Source: a virus
Taxonomy: Duplodnaviria; Caudoviricetes
Virus record (IMG/VR): IMGVR_UViG_3300045015_000053
Length of the DNA stretch: 64,000 nucleotides
Strand: one strand, 5' to 3'
The notes below the pieces were generated by a model that worked only from the letters and a program-made list of their open reading frames with translations, did not search any database and was not told the DNA's origin. The position numbers were made by a program, and so were the translations under genes. Below are positions 57,295 through 64,000 of this stretch, in pieces (the stretch's first letter is position 1; every line of letters starts with the position of its first letter).

Positions 57295-57921
57295 GACTAA
57301 CTCAATCACCTTCGGCGGCACCTTTTCCGAAACGTAATAGGACGGCCACCTGCTGTCCTCCGAACCACGCCCGTCATTCTGCAACTTGTCTTCCAACACC
57401 GACCGCTTCACCTTCAACACCACCACCGGCGACGGCCGATCCGAATTGTGTTCCTCATGTTCCTCCACCCTCTGCTTCCAGAACTTCACCCCGCCCTTCT
57501 CGGCAAAAAACACCTTGCCCGAACTGTAGTCCGAGTAGTTCGTAAACTGCTTGACTGCCGTAGGAGACAACCCGTTCTTGCGAATCAGCGGCAACCGCGA
57601 TTTCGTCGTAACGTGGTAAAGGTAATCGTCCTTACCTTCCTTCTGAATGGCCTCGCGGTCCAACCTAGCGGCCAATTTCTCGTGATCGACGTTCCTGTAA
57701 CGCTTCGCCAGTTCGCGGTAAACGAACGCGGCGTAACCCTCGGACACGCCGAGCTTTTTGCCAATCTCCGCAATCGACAAACGACCCGTCGCAGCCAGTT
57801 GCTGCATCGCCCACGGCTTGATGGAAGGCTCAATCGAGGTGTACCACGCTTCCCACGCCTCCCACGGGTCGCCGGCAGAAGGCGGAACACTCATTTCTAG
57901 CCACAGTTTGAAAGTCGTCAT
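57289..57921 (-). CDS. ADP-ribosyltransferase-fold (KptA/Tpt1-like) protein
   Basis: YLYHVTTKSRLPLIRKNGLSP; KVFFA; VVVLKV; YYVSEKVPP; starts MTTFKLWLE. Confidence 0.55.
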   Translation of the reverse strand: MTTFKLWLEMSVPPSAGDPWEAWEAWYTSIEPSIKPWAMQQLAATGRLSIAEIGKKLGVSEGYAAFVYRELAKRYRNVDHEKLAARLDREAIQKEGKDDYLYHVTTKSRLPLIRKNGLSPTAVKQFTNYSDYSSGKVFFAEKGGVKFWKQRVEEHEEHNSDRPSPVVVLKVKRSVLEDKLQNDGRGSEDSRWPSYYVSEKVPPKVIELVR

Positions 57922-57936
57922 GACCCTATTTAGGGC

Positions 57937-57965
57937 TTGACGCACATCAACAAAAAGCCTAATCT
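57937..57965 (+). promoter_or_regulatory. sigma70-type promoter
   Basis: TTGACG-N17-TAATCT. Confidence 0.55.
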
Positions 57966-57999
57966 GACTTCCACACAGAACAACAAAAGGAATTCCGAC

Positions 58000-58552
58000 A
58001 TGAGCCGCTCCGTCATCTGCCGCTGCCGCCACGAAGACTGCGGGCAAGACACCTTCGTCGCACACATTGACGACAACCGCCTGCTGCCCCGAATGCGGAC
58101 GGCAACAGTCACCCGACGTACTCGGCGTCCCCAACGGCCTGTACAAGCACTACAAGGGCAACACCTACCGCGTCACCGGCTACGGTCTGCTCACCGACCC
58201 CGAAACGCGAGTGGTTTACTACCACAACATCGAGACGCCCGACCAACTGATGGCCCGGCCGACTACAATGTTCATCGAGAACGTCAACGGTCAGCCCCGG
58301 TTCCAATACATCGGCGGCGAAAGCCCCAACACGTTCCCCGCCCTCGTGAAAGCCGAACTGGAACGCGCCCGCAGACTGCATCCGGGCAACCAACGCTGCC
58401 TGCACGAAGCATACGGCGTTCTTCAGGAAGAAGTTGACGAGTTCTGGGATCTCGTCAAATTCAAGAAACCCGACCCCAAGAAGGTACTGGAAGAACTGGT
58501 TCAGGTCGCTGCTATGGCACAGAGAAGTGCCGAAGATCTGGAACTCACATGA
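58000..58552 (+). pseudogene. frameshifted Zn-ribbon + DUF1653 + MazG-like protein
   Basis: ATG 58000 CRCRHEDC frame; next frame CCPECG, GLYKHYKGNTY (DUF1653), EAYGVLQEEVDEFW..EELVQVAAMA (MazG-like). Confidence 0.6.
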
Positions 58553-58716
58553 GACGACACAACACGTTGCCCGACGATGAATTCGACTACTACCCGGAAG
58601 AGAAGCCCCCGCCGAGACAACCACAGTGGCTCGGCATCGTCGCCCTCGTCGCCCTGCTCGTGATCCTTGTGTTCGTCTTACACGATTCGGCCGTCAAACT
58701 CGGACTCGTCAAATGA
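58549..58716 (+). CDS. small single-TM protein
   Basis: ATGA overlap; WLGIVALVALLVILVFVL. Confidence 0.5.
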   Translation: MRRHNTLPDDEFDYYPEEKPPPRQPQWLGIVALVALLVILVFVLHDSAVKLGLVK

Positions 58717-59017
58717 AAAAGGCATTCAACGTGTTCGCCCAGTTGTTCCTCGCCACAAAACACCACACGGCAGCTACATGCCAGACTTTGAGTATCCTGA
58801 TCGTTTTGTGGAGGTGAAAAGCCCGTGGACACTTGCAATTTGCAAAGGCGAGAAACCAAGTAAAAACAACTTGTGTAGTGATGTGCAATGGCGTAAGATC
58901 CAGTACGTTAACGACCACTTCAAAACGGTTGAAGTGGTCGTACTATCCAAAGCGGAAGCCGCAAAGCTTTTCGCCAAAGCTCAAACGGGAGTCCTCCAAT
59001 TCGCTACGCCAGCATAG
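58667..59017 (+). CDS. PD-(D/E)xK nuclease-like domain, possibly fragment
   Basis: YMPDF...FVEVKSPW; no good start/RBS. Confidence 0.5.
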   Translation: MCSSYTIRPSNSDSSNEKGIQRVRPVVPRHKTPHGSYMPDFEYPDRFVEVKSPWTLAICKGEKPSKNNLCSDVQWRKIQYVNDHFKTVEVVVLSKAEAAKLFAKAQTGVLQFATPA

Positions 59018-59104
59018 TACCTCCCCGACCTCAAAACCTGCCTGCAACGCGCCGGGATCACCGAAACCAACGTCAAACTGAAGGGTTTCCATGAAGACGG
59101 CAGC

Positions 59105-60088
59105 AGACCAATGGCTTAGGCAGGTGCAGGCAAGGTTGTATGCGATTCGCTTACGGTCTGCAAGCTATCGGTCAAGACCAATGGCTTAGGCAGCAGTCAG
59201 CCTTGAGGACTACGAAAGAACGCATGTCTGCAAGCTATCGGTCAAGACCAATGGCTTAGGCAGATTCCGCTCATCTGGTTCCACTTGGGGTATATCGAAT
59301 CTGCGAGCTATCGGTTACGACCGATAGCTCAGGCAGGAGGGTTGGCGACGGCAGGCATCGGCGCTCTGCGTGCTATTGGTTACGACCAATCGCTCAGGCA
59401 GCCGTCCGTGTCTGGGATTGCGACGACGTGCAGCATCTGCGAGCTATTGCTTACGACCAATGGCTCAGGCAGTAGCTGATGCCGAGTTCATCGGCAACCT
59501 GCGAGTTATCGGCTAAGGCCAATGACTCAGGCAGGACGACTACCTCGATCTGACGCCACTTCTGCGAGTTATCGGCTAAGGCCAATCGCTCAGGCAGAAC
59601 CGCTGCCTCGTGTTGCCAATGATGACCGCGACCCTGCGTGCTATTGGTTACGACCAATCGCTCAGGCAGCCCCAGTCGAACAGGACGTTGGCGACGGCGT
59701 TCATCTGCGTGCTATTGGTTACGACCAATGGTTCAAGCAGATTCGGCAGCATTACGGATCTTTTCGATGAACCTGCGAGCTATCGGTCAAGACCAATGGC
59801 TCAGGCAGAACTATAAGCCCGTGTCGCCTGTCTGCGAACCATCTGCCACGGCTCATGGTTCAAGCAGGTTCAAGCAGGACATCCTGCTGTTCGACTCTCT
59901 GACCGCAAACGACTGCGAGCTATCGGCTAAGGCCAATCGCTCAGGCAGTGTTGGATGTATGCGAAGTCGCCGTTGCTCGCCTGCGGGCCATCGGTTGCGA
60001 CCAATGGCTCAAGCAGATCTTGAAGTTCGCGTCATTGCATTTGTTCTGATACCTGCGAGCCATCGGTTACGGCCAATGGCTCAAGCAG
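59105..60088. CRISPR. CRISPR-like array 2: 14 full + 1 partial 36-nt hairpin repeats, spacers 23-45 nt
   Basis: consensus CTGCGAGCTATCGGTTACGACCAATGGCTCAGGCAG at 59158, 59228, 59301, 59366, 59437, 59499, 59562, 59634, 59705, 59773, 59832, 59913, 59981, 60053; unique spacers. Confidence 0.85.
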
Positions 60089-60355
60089 AAGCACTACGTC
60101 GCACTCGCCACAGGCTCGCAACCTAAACACCCCGAACACCCGTAAAACGACAACGGCCAACCCGTCACCAGATCGTCACCACGACGCTCAAAAACCAACC
60201 CGGCATCTTCAACAGCTACCAAGAGGCCATCACAACACTCGCGCAATACGCACAACACGCTCCCCGATTCAAACTCGGCGACCAAACCGACTACGAACTC
60301 CACCTCAAAACGTTCACCGATAACTACAACTACGACAACTGAAAGGCACACAACC

Positions 60356-60787
60356 ATGAACCGCCGCGAACTCCTCTCCCTCCCACTGCTCGCCCTCACA
60401 CCCCCACAAAACCCCCTCCAAGTCCAAATGATCAACTACCAGGGACCGGGAAGACCCAACGATGTCGATCCCAAATGGGCAGAAAGGCTCCTAGAAGGCT
60501 CTACAATCGATCTTCCGAACACGCAAACCCGCTACCTACACCAACGAAAACAAAACGTGAGCATCCAAGCCACTAACTTCCTACACGCCAACGTCTTCAA
60601 CCACGTTGACGAGGTCAAAAAGAAAGCCGCCAAAGCCTTCCCACACTCCTACAAAGGCTTCTGGCAAGATCACACACACATTCACCTCCAACTGGACCAA
60701 ATTGTTCACTCCATCCCGCAACCCGCCCCTACCCCGTGGAACGACGAACAGTCGGTCCACAGGGGCAATGATGGGCAAGGCTATTAA
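60356..60787 (+). CDS. hypothetical protein with Tat-like signal
   Basis: MNRRELLSLPLLAL. Confidence 0.45.
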   Translation: MNRRELLSLPLLALTPPQNPLQVQMINYQGPGRPNDVDPKWAERLLEGSTIDLPNTQTRYLHQRKQNVSIQATNFLHANVFNHVDEVKKKAAKAFPHSYKGFWQDHTHIHLQLDQIVHSIPQPAPTPWNDEQSVHRGNDGQGY

Positions 60788-60805
60788 CAACTGGGGTCCG
60801 AAACC

Positions 60806-61042
60806 ATGAGTGACTTCATCTGCATCCACTGCCGCAAAGAGAAAGCCAAACCACTCACGGAAGAGGAACGGCCGTACTTCTGTACCAAGACCTGCGCCAC
60901 CAAATACGCACTCAACATCGCCAACAAACTCGCCGACTGCCCCAACTGCAAATCTACCCTCACACACAGACGGGGTGGAGGGTACTACTACGACAATGAT
61001 CGCAGGTGCGGGGAGTGCGGACACACATGGGAGCCGAAATGA
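60806..61042 (+). CDS. small Cys-rich Zn-finger protein
   Basis: CIHC..FCTKTC..CPNC..CGECG. Confidence 0.6.
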   Translation: MSDFICIHCRKEKAKPLTEEERPYFCTKTCATKYALNIANKLADCPNCKSTLTHRRGGGYYYDNDRRCGECGHTWEPK

Positions 61043-61260
61043 ATAAGGAAGACAAACGCCGACTCCGAAACCTCAAGAAGAACATCAAGAAGCTCGGTCA
61101 CCAGAAACAACGACACAAAACCAAACAACTCCTCAACCAAGACCCGACCAACGAGGAGCTACAACAGGACAATACCGACTACGGCAAACTTGCCTCCGAT
61201 ACCCTCAACGGACTCGACAAGGATAAGACACGGAAGACCGAGTGGCACCAGAATACATAA
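61039..61260 (+). CDS. small basic protein
   Basis: ATGA overlap. Confidence 0.45.
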   Translation: MNKEDKRRLRNLKKNIKKLGHQKQRHKTKQLLNQDPTNEELQQDNTDYGKLASDTLNGLDKDKTRKTEWHQNT

Positions 61261-61264
61261 CGAC

Positions 61265-62236
61265 ATGGAAATCTACCAAGACATCGTCGTCAAGGGGAAC
61301 CTAGTCAAAAAAGGAATTCGCCCCTGCGAGGAACGCTACCAAGCCGTCAGAAACGTCTGCCGACTCTTCCAAAGACCTATCACCGTACTCGACATCGGCG
61401 CGAACCTCGGCTACTTCTCCTTCAAACTCGCACAAGAGTTCAAAGGCACCTTCGTCATGATCGAAGGCGGCAAAGAAGAACAAAATTACCTCCTCACCCT
61501 CTGCAAACTCAACGACAACAACCAAGTCGTTCTACTCAACAAACACATCACCCTACAAGACCTCAACGAACTCGCAAACACCGAACACTTCGACATCACT
61601 CTCGCACTCAGCGTCATACACTACTTCAACGAACCACTCGACCAAGTCTTCAAAGCCATGACCAGACTCGGCAACTACCTCGTCATCGAAATGCCACACC
61701 CACAAGAACACGCCCACAACCAACACCGCGTACAACAAGAACCACTCCCCCTACACGAATACCACACCGAAATCCTCACCCAAACACCCACACACACCGC
61801 GCCCGGACTCAACAGGGACACAATACTCGTTCACTGCCCACAGAAGACACTCGACAAACCGTACTGGGACTGGCTCCCACACAACAGCTTCTACCAGAAA
61901 CCCGAAATCGTCTCCACACACGAACTCAAATACATCCAGTTCCAACGCAAACCCGACTCCCGACACTGGATCGATGGCATCAACTTCTCCACCTTCATCG
62001 CACTCAAAGGCAACTTCCCCACCAAACACAAACTCGTTCAGCAACTCAAGAAAATCGATACCTCAAACTCCACCGACACCCGACAGTGGAACATGATCCT
62101 CTCCAGAGACACAATCACACCCATCGACCACAAAGACCCACAAGCACCACACACCAACCCACAACACGAAAGAAATTGCCTCGACACCATCATCCAACGC
62201 TTCCAGAACGACCAACTCGCACCCAACGCCCTCTAA
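61265..62236 (+). CDS. class I SAM-dependent methyltransferase
   Basis: VLDIGANLGYFSF; FDITLALSVIHYF. Confidence 0.8.
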   Translation: MEIYQDIVVKGNLVKKGIRPCEERYQAVRNVCRLFQRPITVLDIGANLGYFSFKLAQEFKGTFVMIEGGKEEQNYLLTLCKLNDNNQVVLLNKHITLQDLNELANTEHFDITLALSVIHYFNEPLDQVFKAMTRLGNYLVIEMPHPQEHAHNQHRVQQEPLPLHEYHTEILTQTPTHTAPGLNRDTILVHCPQKTLDKPYWDWLPHNSFYQKPEIVSTHELKYIQFQRKPDSRHWIDGINFSTFIALKGNFPTKHKLVQQLKKIDTSNSTDTRQWNMILSRDTITPIDHKDPQAPHTNPQHERNCLDTIIQRFQNDQLAPNAL

Positions 62237-62238
62237 AC

Positions 62239-62347
62239 ACGCGACAATAGCTCACAGGCTATATCCCCGCGCTACTATAGCCCCACGCGACAATAGCCCC
62301 AGAGCTATAGCTTCACGAGGCTATATCCTCACCGGAGCTATAGCCCC
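62239..62347. repeat. cluster of short degenerate direct repeats
   Basis: ACGCGACAATAGC x2, AGGCTATATCC x2, CTATAGC x3. Confidence 0.65.
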
Positions 62348-62399
62348 ATGCACACATACACACACCAAATACCATCCACATATACTCCCACACATCTAT

Positions 62400-63780
62400 C
62401 ACCACATTCTAATCAGCCCCGCAAAAAGTCTGTGCTAAAACATGAACAGCATACACCCTGGACCAAACAGAACCCTGTGCAGACATAATCAGCACAAACA
62501 CAAATATGTTTTACTTCGCCCAAAATGTCCGAGCCGCTGATTTCAAAGCAATCCATACACACAAATAAACATCAATGCCAACTAATAGAAACTCGCAGAT
62601 CGGCGACTAATAGCACCCGAATCCTCACCAACTACTATTAGAAAGTTGTGTGCAACAGGCCGACAACACACCCCTTGACCCAGGTAAAGTCTGATCCACT
62701 CAAGCCAAATACCTCTGTGCAAAGGACTTCTGAACAAATCGGTGTATCTCAGATAAATTACGCTCAGGAAGGCGTCGAGAACTGATTGACTGGATTGTCT
62801 TTGTGTCGGTTGGAGGCGCTTGATCCAAGTGGTGGTTTGGTAGCGAGATGGGAGCGGAATAGAAAATGGGCCTAGTCCGTTTGCCACCCCGCCCGCCAAA
62901 AATCCTCACGCCCAGGTGCGATAAGACATGAGGAACAAATCCCAATCAAATTCAACTTGAAGAAACGATGTGTGCAGAATGATTTTCAAAGTGAGATAAT
63001 GTGGGACAGTGGTAATACAACCCCACCGAACATGTTGAAATTCAAGACAAATAAGCATGTAATTGTTTGACTTATACCTGAATTGTGTCGAAACCATCGA
63101 GCTAAAACATGCCGGGGCAGAGTCACTCCGGGGGGTCTGTGCAAGCTGGTGAGAGTCACTTTGTGCTAGGGGAGAGGTAATCGCGCCGCGACCCCTGGAT
63201 TAGCTCTGGGGGTTCTGTGCAAGGTGTTTGGCGTATAACTTTGCTGGTTCTCGGAGGAGTTAGTTGGCCTATCGGGTGAGCATGGCTTTGCCGGGGCAGA
63301 ACGGTACATAAGCGTCATTATCGGACTGACTGTAGTTCTGTGCAGATGGTTCTTAGGGAGAGGGACATATGGACAATGGATATTTCTACTGTCCATATGG
63401 CGAAAAATGACCGAACGGCGAGCATCTTGTCGGGAGAAACACGGACAAACTCAGGGGGAAACGCGACATTCATTTCCGCACAACAGGATCTCGCGTTCCC
63501 AGTTGTGTGCAGTGCGGTTCCCAGTTGAGTACCGAGCGGCGCGGCAGTACCTGGGGAGTACCTCCAGGCTCCCGCGTCCCGCCTGAGTACCTTTCGGCTC
63601 CCGGTCGGGGGTTCCGGGGCAGCGGCGACCGAAACTAAAGCGATCTTCAGAATGAAGTTTTCAAAGCGTTGTACTTTGCCTTTCGGCAAAGGTTTTTCAT
63701 GGCGTTGTACCGGCGATAGTGCTATTTGTTTTTCATAGCGTTGTACCTGCTGGGTTTCACACCATGTGCGGGCGGTGCCG
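62400..63780. other. putative replication origin region
   Basis: ~1.4 kb without convincing CDS, AT-rich core, C>G to G>C skew flip, 8x TGTGCA, 3x 17-bp iteron-like repeat. Confidence 0.55.
63658..63746 (+). repeat. three 17-bp direct repeats at exact 36-bp period
   Basis: TTTTCA(A/T)(A/G)GCGTTGTAC at 63658, 63694, 63730. Confidence 0.85.
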
Positions 63781-63839
63781 CGCAATTTCGGAGACTTGGT
63801 TTGCGCCGCGTGTAGGGTTACACGAACTTGGAGGTTGTC

Positions 63840-64000
63840 ATGCTGATGGCAGAACGGCTCGCGCTGGCTTGGATGGACGGCGAGTACAGCCTGATGTTGA
63901 ACTTGCTGCGTGAGTTGGACACGCCGCGAGCGTTCCGCATGGGCGTGCGTGTCTACACGATGATCGAAGCCCAGTGGGGCAACGGCGCGGACTTCCTCAA
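63840..64000 (+). CDS. hypothetical protein (3' truncated by window edge)
   Basis: GGAGG RBS, ATG 63840, open to end. Confidence 0.55.
   Translation, partial: MLMAERLALAWMDGEYSLMLNLLRELDTPRAFRMGVRVYTMIEAQWGNGADFL

Noticed and set aside
56386-57337. ORFs across array 1 (LKPSIPFIGSCH repeats) and across array 2 (59285..60126)
   Set aside because: Translation artefacts of the repeats
56434-60052. Self-targeting spacers
   Set aside because: Only short chance similarities (e.g. spacer at 56799 versus ~47470, about 11 nt) seen by eye; an exhaustive alignment was not possible
59105-60088. TIGR-type or REP/BIME interpretation of array 2
   Set aside because: Unit is ~70 nt with one repeat and one long unique spacer, no box C/D-like dual repeats, and no RAYT transposase nearby
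63318-63785. 155-aa - strand ORF in the origin region
   Set aside because: No RBS or motifs, overlaps regulatory repeats and the motif upstream of the + strand gene at 63840
1-64000. Genome-wide stop-codon reassignment (TAG or TGA)
   Set aside because: Both codons end many genes directly before RBS/ATG or in ATGA overlaps; only two isolated in-frame stops seen
1-64000. tRNA/rRNA genes, transposases, integrase
   Set aside because: GGTTCGA-like hits fall within coding sequence or spacers with no cloverleaf; no DDE or tyrosine/serine recombinase motifs recognised

Overview
GC-rich, gene-dense segment that reads like part of a jumbo/huge bacteriophage or phage-like extrachromosomal element. It has many short, mostly + strand hypothetical ORFs and several HNH endonuclease genes. 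No virion structural genes were recognised, and the host cannot be named from sequence alone. Recognisable cargo includes translation-rescue/tRNA genes (SmpB, a Pth2-like hydrolase with an in-frame TAG, ArgRS-like, TrmH-like, RNase Z-like, YqeY-like). It also includes a sigma70-family factor, a split ECF sigma, a ParB-like protein, an SNF2 helicase, an AAA+ ATPase, CoaD and CinA/NadD-like nucleotidyltransferases, and glycosyl-/methyltransferases. The main feature is a compact Cas3-less type I-E-like CRISPR operon (Cas8e with a probable fused Cas11, an enlarged Cas7, Cas5 fused to an HNH nuclease, Cas6e). It is followed by a 13-repeat array with an atypical 36-nt repeat. About 1.8 kb downstream lies a second, unrelated CRISPR-like array of 15 fully hairpin-forming, covarying 36-nt repeats with no cognate effector in the window. 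Non-coding signals include four distinct promoter-like motif classes, a ~640-nt structured intergenic RNA candidate, and a probable replication origin near 62.4-63.8 kb (GC-skew flip, DnaA-box-like and iteron-like repeats). Family assignments come from motif recognition by eye; no database searches were run.
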